DNA of 64,000 nucleotides, taken from an uncultured Erysipelotrichaceae bacterium. Its GTDB lineage: Bacteria > Bacillota_I > Bacilli_A > RFN20 > CAG-826. The stretch spans positions 2,004-66,003 of the forward strand of contig CADCNT010000011.1 in assembly GCA_902802905.1 (NCBI GenBank), in the 5' to 3' direction. Shown piece after piece: positions 16,693-25,128 of the stretch (the first letter of the stretch is position 1; the number at the start of each line of letters is the position of its first letter). Made by a program: the position numbers and the translations under genes. Under the pieces are notes generated by a model, which saw only the letters and a program-made list of their open reading frames with translations, did no database searches and was not told where the DNA came from.

Positions 16693-18924
16693 CTAGATAT
16701 TCACGGTAATACAAGGCCTAATACAGTGAGAATCACTATCAATCGCGTATTCTGATAATACTCCTCCAGAATTAACGTTCCACGCTGCATAATAGAAATC
16801 AGTTGATGCGGTTCTAGTCCAATATGATCCGTAGTAATTGTTCTTGTTAGACCACGCACCTAAGGCTCTCGCGTAGTCAGTTGTCACTGCGGTTTTCGCT
16901 AGGGAACTATTCATCTCACTATAAGAAGGTAGATATATCTTCTCAATATGGTTATCTTCTAATGTAACATTAGATAAAGATGCATCATTAAAATAGAATG
17001 CTAAAGAATAGAAGCTACTAGTTAACCAAGTTCTAATGTCACTACTATAGTAGTCATTCGTATCATAGTTATGATGATAATAATGAGAATCAAGTAATGT
17101 GTCCGCTATTAAGGAATATTGATTGTTACTACTAGAAATGACATTCCATTTAATTGGGTCACATCTAAACCAATACGAGGTTTCATTAACGATGTTATCT
17201 CCATCAGTAAATGTATATGACTCACCGTTATATACATGTGAGACTGCTTTGTAGTAGAAGTTATCATTATAGAAATACCATCCACTTTCATTAATTGGAT
17301 TAGTGTTTTCTATATTGGAAATTAATTGAGTATCTTTAACATGGCTTTGAGGATATAAGCCGTAATAGACATATTGCTTGTTATCGCTTAGATATACATC
17401 TATTCCAGGCACTACAGTGGATTTATTCTTCTCATAGTATCTAGCAGTGTACGTCATATCACTATAAGTTGGCATTAATTTAGGTGTCCAACCAATAAAG
17501 TAGTACTTATAGCTACTTGTTTCTTCTCTACTAGGTTCTTCTCCTATATAGCTAGGGATCGTACCACTAGAAACATTCTCATCTATCTTAATAACAGAGC
17601 CATCATAGTCTAACCAAGTGACTTTATATTTTTCTCCTTCTTTAGTGAATAAAGCGGTATATGTAGTATCTTCATATATCTTTCCTACTTCTGGAGTCCA
17701 ACCAACAAATTCATATCCCTCTTTTTTCGGAGTATCCCCGTCATATGTTGGTATACTTCCTTCTACGACATCAGTGTCTACTTCTAATACGTTTCCATTA
17801 TCATCAACCCAAGTAACTGTATAAGTCTTAGTTTCTCCGAAATAGAATTCCACTCCGGTTAAGTAGAATACCTTGTTATTAGTGGTACCAATCTTAATAG
17901 AATTTGTAGAATCAAATTCATAAGTGATATCACTTACTTTATCTTCTTCTACAGTATCTTTATTCGCCACTATAAAGTTAGATAATGTTTGTAATTGAGT
18001 TTTATGGTCTCCACTTTCACTAGACCAATCAGTAGAAGAGGATGGTCCCACTCTTAATTTACATGATGTGTTTCCTACATATCCATATAGAGTAGCCTTA
18101 TTCACACTTCTAGATAATGATAATGTTAATTCTCCATTTACTGAGGTAGTGCCAAACTTTAACATATCACCTTTGTTCCACTTATTAGTGCCACTACCAT
18201 ATCCTCCTCCATATATCTTAGTAAATGAGGATACTTCATTAATGATATTAGATTCACTAGTAGTGACAAATGTCGCTTTAATTAAATCTCCTTCATTATC
18301 TTTAAAAGCATATGAAGTAGATCCAGACATCGTATATTTAATAGAATAACTAATATATGTATCTATTGGTTTAACACTTTTCAAACCTATATCTAAATAG
18401 ATATCTTCTTCTAACATGTTAAAGGAGTACACTCCTTCAATTGGAGTTAAAGTTGTTTCATGTACTTTAACTGTGTCTATCTCTTTAGAAGCATTAGTGA
18501 CCTCAATAGAGAAAGTCACTAATTCATCTACTAGATATCCTATTTCTTTTAAACCTGTTACTTCATAATCAGGATTAGATACATAATAGACATGATAATA
18601 AGTAGGTAATATCACATCACTAAGAGTGATAAATATATGTACATTATAAGACGGCATATTAAATGAATAGATACCATCAATATCACTAGTTAATGTAGTA
18701 TTATCCACTTTAACTTCATCTATCTCTTTATCTTCATTTAATAATGTAATTGAAAAAGAAACTAGATCATTAAATTTATAATCCTTTTCTAAACCATTAA
18801 CTATATAGTCACTACTTTCATCATAATTAACGAAATATATATCTTTTCCGGGTACTTGTTTATTAGAGTTATTACACCCTAATAGGAATATAGATAATAA
18901 AAATAATAGAGATAACTTTTTCAT
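16693..18924 (-). CDS. Surface lipoprotein with Listeria-Bacteroides repeats and a DUF6273-like C-terminal domain
   Basis: Lipobox MKKLSLLFLLSIFLLGC. Two YxVTWxDxxGxV...GYEFVGWTP repeats. C-terminal ...SYWTRTAS...HCIRPCITV motif. Confidence 0.75.
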   Translation of the reverse strand: MKKLSLLFLLSIFLLGCNNSNKQVPGKDIYFVNYDESSDYIVNGLEKDYKFNDLVSFSITLLNEDKEIDEVKVDNTTLTSDIDGIYSFNMPSYNVHIFITLSDVILPTYYHVYYVSNPDYEVTGLKEIGYLVDELVTFSIEVTNASKEIDTVKVHETTLTPIEGVYSFNMLEEDIYLDIGLKSVKPIDTYISYSIKYTMSGSTSYAFKDNEGDLIKATFVTTSESNIINEVSSFTKIYGGGYGSGTNKWNKGDMLKFGTTSVNGELTLSLSRSVNKATLYGYVGNTSCKLRVGPSSSTDWSSESGDHKTQLQTLSNFIVANKDTVEEDKVSDITYEFDSTNSIKIGTTNNKVFYLTGVEFYFGETKTYTVTWVDDNGNVLEVDTDVVEGSIPTYDGDTPKKEGYEFVGWTPEVGKIYEDTTYTALFTKEGEKYKVTWLDYDGSVIKIDENVSSGTIPSYIGEEPSREETSSYKYYFIGWTPKLMPTYSDMTYTARYYEKNKSTVVPGIDVYLSDNKQYVYYGLYPQSHVKDTQLISNIENTNPINESGWYFYNDNFYYKAVSHVYNGESYTFTDGDNIVNETSYWFRCDPIKWNVISSSNNQYSLIADTLLDSHYYHHNYDTNDYYSSDIRTWLTSSFYSLAFYFNDASLSNVTLEDNHIEKIYLPSYSEMNSSLAKTAVTTDYARALGAWSNKNNYYGSYWTRTASTDFYYAAWNVNSGGVLSEYAIDSDSHCIRPCITVNI

Positions 18925-19457
18925 GATACTTTAGATATCTCCACGATTAAATCATCCCAAGATACTTGCTCTCTCATGTTTTTGGCAATAGTAGATGTCG
19001 CTAATTTGTTGACTTTACCATATTCTGCCGCCTCTTTAGCGTTTCTCACTTTATTAGGATCTACACCCATTGCCTCATATATCCATAAGAGTAGTTCTGG
19101 ACATTGTAATCTTGTATATATTCTATCTTTCGCATCTAAAGATGTATCTATTTGACCATATTCTAACCAAGAAGAGAAGAAATGCCATTTCTGATTAGGA
19201 GAGTGAAGTGTTGGGTCCACTACGATTCCACATTCTTTCGCGTAGTCTATATATCCTCCACTAGTTTGTTGATATCTTTCTATAAACTCATCACTAAAAG
19301 GATAATGCTCTCTTTTATCATTAAGATAATCCGCGAACTGTTGAATAGTATAACTAACAGCAGGTGCTTTATATTTATATCTCTTAGTTATAGAAAAACA
19401 AGTAAGTGAAGATACACTTAACAAGGATGTAAATAGTAAAGCAACGCCTTTAATCAT
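18921..19457 (-). CDS. Small exported hypothetical protein
   Basis: Signal/anchor MIKGVALLFTSLLSVSSLTC. Its stop overlaps the next start (ATGA at 18921-18924). No family recognised. Confidence 0.55.
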   Translation of the reverse strand: MIKGVALLFTSLLSVSSLTCFSITKRYKYKAPAVSYTIQQFADYLNDKREHYPFSDEFIERYQQTSGGYIDYAKECGIVVDPTLHSPNQKWHFFSSWLEYGQIDTSLDAKDRIYTRLQCPELLLWIYEAMGVDPNKVRNAKEAAEYGKVNKLATSTIAKNMREQVSWDDLIVEISKVS

Positions 19458-19476
19458 ATGTATTTATATAACAACT

Positions 19477-21027
19477 CTAATCTTTGAAAAATCCTGGATA
19501 ATCAGGCAATAGTCCACATTCAAACAAAGTTTTAATCTCTGTGTTCAGTTTTACGAATTTATGTTCTAACAGGTCTTCTTGCTTTAATAAGCAAAGCAAA
19601 TAAACTGGCAATAAATAAAATCTTTTAACATATTCACCAAAATAAGGAAGCATAGTGGCAAAAATGACTTTCTTACCACTTTCAGCATAAGTACGTGAAG
19701 ATGCAAAATCAGAAAAGCCACCAGACTTAACCTCGATTGCAGTCTCGTCTTTTATAAGAATGAATTCATTTTCCTGTTCTGGATTTTTTCTATAGTTATA
19801 AGCATACTGATAGCCATATGCCTTTATACTTTGAGCAACAATTTGTTCAAAAAAGGCTCCGTTGTTATTCGGCTTATTAGATGGATCACCATCAATCCAA
19901 CGAACAAAACCATCTTTTTGTAAATCTATATTTCTTACATCATAAAAAGGAATTAGATGCTTTGGAGGATTTTTAGGATCATCAACTGCATCAATATGTT
20001 CTTTAACAATGCATCTTAAAAACCCAATATCATTAAAATATGTCTTTGGCATTTCTTGCTCATTTAAAGGTTTGTTTAGTTCACTAATATGAGAAACCAA
20101 AAGACCAACATCGCTATCGATAAGATAGTCATAGAAAGCACTTTTTGCTTCCTTTCTAATTTTTTTCATTAATAACTGCTTGTCATTATTTTTCAAACCG
20201 AACAGTAAATAATTAAAAATGTCTTGCACTATTTCAATTCCATGCTCTTCACGGAAATACTTTGCAATATCACTGTTATAATCTGCAGTTAGAGAAGCAA
20301 TCGATTCTTGGCTATCCGACACTTTGTATTTTTTATTATCTATATAAGCCGCTACAGCCTTAGGCATCCCACCAACAAAAGAATATTCTGCAAATTTTTT
20401 GAGTAAATGAATGTGTACATCTTTGGATATTTCTTTATTATTTCTAAAAGATGTAATTGCCTCATCAATATAAGATTGATTACCGTCTATACTTTCAATG
20501 AACTCTGCAAGCGTAATTGGATACATTCTAACTTGCTGAATGCCGCCACTCAAATCTATTGTAAGAGTTTCCAAATTTGATATTTTTGATCCGAGTAATG
20601 AACCAGAAAAGATAAATCTGATTCCGTCTTCTTTTGTTAATCTCGACAATATAGATTTAATAATTCCACTTGATGTTATTTTCTTGTCATTAGAAAGAGC
20701 TTGAATTTCATCAACAAAAACTATTTTTGTAATATTCAAATCAACATTGATTTGTAGCTCGGTAAAAACATATTGCATGAAAGAAATGCCTTCAACACCT
20801 TCGCCACCAATCAATAATTCTCTAGCTCTATCCATAGTAGCGAGATTTATTTCTGGAATCGGTTCTTCATTAGATAATCCATATTGTTTTCTAATGAAAT
20901 GTCTAATAGAAAAAGTTTTTCCGACTTGTCTTGCTCCAAGAATCATTAAAGATTTTTCTTGTCCTGCAAACCATTTATCAATAATTTTATCAACATCTCT
21001 TTTTATATAATCAGCCACACTATTCAC
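19477..21027 (-). CDS. AAA+ ATPase (AAA_14-like) with DUF4143/PD-(D/E)xK-like C-terminus, pair member 2
   Basis: Walker A GARQVGKT, Walker B IVFVDEIQ, family landmarks MYPITLAEFI and VGGMPKAV, C-terminal ENEFILIKDETAIEVKSGG. GTG start at 21027 overlaps the upstream stop. Confidence 0.75.
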   Translation of the reverse strand: MNSVADYIKRDVDKIIDKWFAGQEKSLMILGARQVGKTFSIRHFIRKQYGLSNEEPIPEINLATMDRARELLIGGEGVEGISFMQYVFTELQINVDLNITKIVFVDEIQALSNDKKITSSGIIKSILSRLTKEDGIRFIFSGSLLGSKISNLETLTIDLSGGIQQVRMYPITLAEFIESIDGNQSYIDEAITSFRNNKEISKDVHIHLLKKFAEYSFVGGMPKAVAAYIDNKKYKVSDSQESIASLTADYNSDIAKYFREEHGIEIVQDIFNYLLFGLKNNDKQLLMKKIRKEAKSAFYDYLIDSDVGLLVSHISELNKPLNEQEMPKTYFNDIGFLRCIVKEHIDAVDDPKNPPKHLIPFYDVRNIDLQKDGFVRWIDGDPSNKPNNNGAFFEQIVAQSIKAYGYQYAYNYRKNPEQENEFILIKDETAIEVKSGGFSDFASSRTYAESGKKVIFATMLPYFGEYVKRFYLLPVYLLCLLKQEDLLEHKFVKLNTEIKTLFECGLLPDYPGFFKD

Positions 21028-22273
21028 CTAATAAAAACGCCCAAATAGGGAAAATCCTTGCGTAAGAAACTGTATTAACATAATCAATGCCTTTATCCAC
21101 AAGAACTACAGGCTTATATGTTGTTTCAGCATTATGATTTCTATAATAATTCAATTTATCAACTGCAGAAGACAAGGAATTTGTATTTTTTAATTTAATT
21201 TCGATAATGGTTGGAATTTTGTAATCCCACGCTATATCAATTATTCTTCTATCAGCAAGAACAAATCTATATGGTTTACACCCTTTTCTAACACCATAAT
21301 TAAACACTATAGATTCTACTATATGTTTTCTTTCAGCATCTTCTCCCCATATTCTTTCAAGGCCAGGATCACACAAATATAAATCGCAATACTCAAAAAC
21401 GAGTTTATCACCAACAAATGGAAAAACACTAATAATGCCCATTCTTTCCAAAATGTTTATTGATCTTTTGTATCTTTGTAGCGTTCCATTTTCTGAAACT
21501 GAAGAAAAAATAAAACGACGATATGACGTAGAACGTCCATTGTTAAATTTATTTAATATCGCTGCTGGTCCACTTGAAAATGGAATGTTTTGTTCAACAA
21601 ACGATATAATTCTTTTTTTAATTCTTAAGAGTTCAATTTCAGCGGAGATGTTTCCTTCAGACATAACCTTTTCAACAACACTTGGGAAACCACCATAATT
21701 GCTATACTCTTCCCAAAAAGATTCAAATAGTCTAGAAAACGGTAAAACTGTTTTGTCTTCTTTATCAAGATATAGTTGAACACTATCAATTGAATATCTA
21801 TTTGTTTTTAATAAGCAATATTCTTTAAAAGAAAGAGGCTTTACTACCAACTTACTAATCGATCCAACAGGAATAAACCTAATCTTTTCAAAAACATATT
21901 CACCATAATCACTAATAAGGATGAATCTATGTCTAGAGTTCGCACAAAGGTTTTTTAATTGCACTATAATCTCGTCGCCAGGCATTACCCCATCAAAAAT
22001 AAGCAATTCCTCTAGAGGCTTACCCATGAATAGCTTATTAACAATCGCTAACGAAACATCAAAATTTCTCTCTTTGGCTTCTAAAAACACGTCTTTTATT
22101 AATTCGTATTCTTTTTCATCAAAAAACCTATAACTAACATCTTTATTAGAAGCCCAATTCATAATTAGTGTAGTTTTCCCAACTTCAACTGGGCCAAGAA
22201 CAAATAAGGCAGTGTTATCGTTACGCTCCCACCAGTGATTAATAATATTTATGTAGTTTGTTCTTTGTATCAT
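21020..22273 (-). CDS. AAA+ ATPase (AAA_14-like) with DUF4143/PD-(D/E)xK-like C-terminus, pair member 1 (degenerate Walker B)
   Basis: Walker A GPVEVGKT. The Walker B position reads LLIFDGVM (no acidic pair). VKPLSFKEY, YGGFPSVV, C-terminal IIDIAWDYKIPTIIEIKLKN. First ATG is at 22273 (the track ORF starts at TTG 22282). Confidence 0.75.
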   Translation of the reverse strand: MIQRTNYINIINHWWERNDNTALFVLGPVEVGKTTLIMNWASNKDVSYRFFDEKEYELIKDVFLEAKERNFDVSLAIVNKLFMGKPLEELLIFDGVMPGDEIIVQLKNLCANSRHRFILISDYGEYVFEKIRFIPVGSISKLVVKPLSFKEYCLLKTNRYSIDSVQLYLDKEDKTVLPFSRLFESFWEEYSNYGGFPSVVEKVMSEGNISAEIELLRIKKRIISFVEQNIPFSSGPAAILNKFNNGRSTSYRRFIFSSVSENGTLQRYKRSINILERMGIISVFPFVGDKLVFEYCDLYLCDPGLERIWGEDAERKHIVESIVFNYGVRKGCKPYRFVLADRRIIDIAWDYKIPTIIEIKLKNTNSLSSAVDKLNYYRNHNAETTYKPVVLVDKGIDYVNTVSYARIFPIWAFLLGE

Positions 22274-22281
22274 ACAATACA

Positions 22282-22310
22282 AGAATAAAATATTTTGTAT
22301 GGATAGTCAA
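22282..22310 (-). promoter_or_regulatory. Promoter of the ATPase pair, probably giving a leaderless mRNA
   Basis: TTGACT (22310-22305), 17-nt spacer, TATTCT (22287-22282). Only 8 nt separate the -10 from ATG 22273, and there is no SD. Confidence 0.5.
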
Positions 22311-22400
22311 TAGTTTTGCCGATTTATTAATATTCAATTTAACAAATATTGCTGATTTATCAATATTCTTCGCAACTAATATTGTCGATTTGGCTCAATT
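22311..22400. repeat. Three ~25-bp direct repeats at an exact 33-bp period, each an imperfect palindrome AATATTG-N9-CAATATT
   Basis: ttttgccgatttattaatattc / atattgctgatttatcaatattc / atattgtcgatttggctcaattt. The GATTT cores start at 22321, 22354 and 22387. Confidence 0.8.
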
Positions 22401-22641
22401 TGTTTAAAAGATGTATTTGAACGCAATAGTTATAGTTAAATGCAAGTTAAGGACACTATTTTTGACATTTTTTTCAATTTTGGTGTCGTTAGCAACCATT
22501 TATCTCAAATTTTATAGTCCCATCAACATATTGCGGATGTTATTCTCAATTACTTCCTTATTTAATAAGGTCATCAACTTAACAAAGGCTATGCGATTAT
22601 ATTTTGCTAGACAAAAAGCTTCCGACTGAAACAATACAACG

Positions 22642-24795
22642 CTAAATTACATTTGGCATTTCGTAATCATCTGATGCAATAAAATCAATAAACTGTTTGT
22701 CTGAATAATTTTGTATCTCTTCAATAGAAAATCCCTTGACATCAGCATCTTCAGGAATCAAACCGTCAACACTCATTTTGAAAGCAATGAGCCTTTGCTT
22801 AAGAGCGTTATCTTTGCTAAGTTTAATTTGAGCATCAAGATCAAAGCTTTCTACATCAACAACTCTTTTTAATAAGGAGATATCGTATCTATAAAATATA
22901 TGATGCCTATGATTAAAATACGATTGTCCAATGAACGCAGATTTTGCTATAAAAATTGCAATCCAAGAAGCATCTTTCTTTTCAATAAGCTTTTTTAAAT
23001 CGCTTTCTCCGTTAATTAAAGCAAAACAAATAATGCGATTGTAGTCCGAGTAAGGAGCGTTAATATTATTATCAAATGCAGACAAAACTTTGTTCATTGT
23101 AATCTCTTTCAATTTTGAAATTGTATCATCAGAAACTGATTTAAAATCAAAATGCCTGTCTTGATCCCTATATGTTAAATAGTCACATAGCCAAACTAAT
23201 GCGCCAATATCACTTCCGCTTGTCGCTTCTTCTAACAATATCTTTTGTGCGTTCTCAATTTCAATATTGTGAACAAGGGAATTACATATCTTCCCGACAT
23301 AATAACTTTTATCAACGATAAAAAATGGGTGAGAATAATTAAGGGTAGAAAAGTCGTTGAATAAAAATTTTAAAATTTGTTTGAACATCATCTCATCATT
23401 CAGGTTCTCTGAAAAATCTCCTAATACATAGAGCAACTTTCTTCCTTGATCTGGATTTAATTCATTCGCAAACTTAGATAGGGCGTTACTATCCATATAC
23501 TTAATGATGTTATTTAATTTTTTTAGCGACATGTCTTCGTAATCAAAATCCATATTTGAGTATTTATGGAAAATATTTGGCATACACAATCTACCGGCCA
23601 AATAATCTTTCCCGTGTTTCTCTGGAATTCTAGAAAACATATAGGGAAATAATTCCGATAAAATATATTTACCCTTTTCATTATCGAGTTTTGTGTTTGC
23701 TAATTCTTTAAAGAAAGCATCTTTGAGTTGATTGTTCTTCTTATCGTCAAATAAAGAACTTTTTGTTCCTAGGAGGCAATCTTCGTATTTTAAAATCAAT
23801 TCATAAACGCCGTCATCAATATATCTCAAATATGTAATAACTATTAAATCGATTGGATCAATTTCCTCTGCATGAGACTCAATGACAAAGGCGAGGCAAT
23901 TCATAAAACGCTTTTCATCTCTAATGGTTGTTATTTGTGAAAATAATCCGAATGATAAAAAGTCTTGCAATCGTGGTCCGAAATCCAACTTAAATTTATC
24001 AGACAGTAGTTTTTCCAAATCTTTTCCTAAAAGTTCAATAATAGTTTCGTGTTTAACATTAGGAACATTAAATTCCATTTGAACTATTTTTTTTAGATAC
24101 GAAGAGCCATCGATATTCCCTTGTTCTCCAGTTAAAGCATGTGAAACAATTTTCTTGTCATATAAAAGAACATAAGTAATATTTGAAAAATTACATGTTG
24201 ATTTAATAAGTTGAATCAATATCTTAATTTCATGATTGTTGAGTCTGTCAATGTCATCAATAAATACAATATATCTCAAAATTGATTTTTTAAGATACTT
24301 TTCAACTTGGCATTTAAAATCTTCTAAATCGCCACAATTTCTATTAAGCGCTTTCACATAATGCGAAAAGGTACTATCAATGTTTTTCGCTGTTTCTTTA
24401 ATTGCCGAGGGTATCGGAGCTAGAGAAGCTATGATAGATGATACTTTTAATATTTTACATACAATTTTTAAAACCCTTTTATAAAGAAAGCCATCGCTTA
24501 ATGTATTCAAGAATTGTTTAATTATTTGATCGTTATTAGATATATTCCAAGGCGAATAATTAACAATAATAGGAATAACTTTACTTTCTTTTGTAAATAT
24601 CTTCTCGCTTATATTAGCTTTTATCATGTTGGCAATAGATGTTTTGCCACTTCCCCACTCGCCATTAATTGATAAAACTAGGCCATTATTAGAAGAAGGA
24701 GATAAAAGATAATCGGCAATTACACAACTAAAATCATTTCGATTAAGTATGTCTTCTTCTTTTGTTGTAATTGGTAAGTCAGAATATAAGTCCAT
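22642..24795 (-). CDS. KAP-family P-loop NTPase
   Basis: LVLSINGEWGSGKTSIANMIK (Walker A) and YIVFIDDIDRLNNHEI (Walker B region). 717 aa, a typical KAP size. Confidence 0.8.
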   Translation of the reverse strand: MDLYSDLPITTKEEDILNRNDFSCVIADYLLSPSSNNGLVLSINGEWGSGKTSIANMIKANISEKIFTKESKVIPIIVNYSPWNISNNDQIIKQFLNTLSDGFLYKRVLKIVCKILKVSSIIASLAPIPSAIKETAKNIDSTFSHYVKALNRNCGDLEDFKCQVEKYLKKSILRYIVFIDDIDRLNNHEIKILIQLIKSTCNFSNITYVLLYDKKIVSHALTGEQGNIDGSSYLKKIVQMEFNVPNVKHETIIELLGKDLEKLLSDKFKLDFGPRLQDFLSFGLFSQITTIRDEKRFMNCLAFVIESHAEEIDPIDLIVITYLRYIDDGVYELILKYEDCLLGTKSSLFDDKKNNQLKDAFFKELANTKLDNEKGKYILSELFPYMFSRIPEKHGKDYLAGRLCMPNIFHKYSNMDFDYEDMSLKKLNNIIKYMDSNALSKFANELNPDQGRKLLYVLGDFSENLNDEMMFKQILKFLFNDFSTLNYSHPFFIVDKSYYVGKICNSLVHNIEIENAQKILLEEATSGSDIGALVWLCDYLTYRDQDRHFDFKSVSDDTISKLKEITMNKVLSAFDNNINAPYSDYNRIICFALINGESDLKKLIEKKDASWIAIFIAKSAFIGQSYFNHRHHIFYRYDISLLKRVVDVESFDLDAQIKLSKDNALKQRLIAFKMSVDGLIPEDADVKGFSIEEIQNYSDKQFIDFIASDDYEMPNVI

Positions 24796-25077
24796 AAAGT
24801 TTTCCCAAACAAATTATATTTAATTTTTAATCAAAATAAAAATGTTGAATGAGGATTATCTTAGAAACACTTGAATTATGCTTTTAATTGATGGATTTAT
24901 AGACGCATAAGGAATAGGCACCACTATGCACAATAAAGACAAGGTTATCTTAGATAAGAAACTCCCATACGAATATAACATCTGTCTATATATCTTAGAA
25001 GAATTATGCGATAAGGTGGTTATCGATGCATGGCGGTTGCCAAGGAACATAGTTCCGGGGTAATGGGGCCATCTCAA

Positions 25078-25104
25078 ACAAAAAGAGCGGTCCCCCGCTC
25101 TCTT
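25078..25104 (-). terminator. Intrinsic terminator after rfbB
   Basis: AGAGCGG (25084-25090) pairs with CCGCTCT (25095-25101). The minus strand continues TTTTTG. Confidence 0.75.
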
Positions 25105-25128
25105 GCTCTATATTGGATATACGAAATA

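Noticed and set aside
22411-22629. 72-aa hydrophobic plus-strand ORF between the KAP gene and the ATPase pair
   Set aside because: AT-rich spacer ORF with no SD and no recognisable family. I cannot rule out a small membrane protein, but there is no positive evidence.
24856-25077. 73-aa minus-strand ORF upstream of the KAP gene
   Set aside because: TTG start directly after a terminator, no SD and odd composition. I treated the region as a possible structured RNA instead.
24960-25077. Fluoride or ZTP riboswitch identity for the GC-rich spacer (it contains GATGG and AACCGCC)
   Set aside because: The other conserved elements I remember (CUGAUGA..CCU for fluoride; CCGCCUGGGC for ZTP) are absent, and the downstream gene does not fit.
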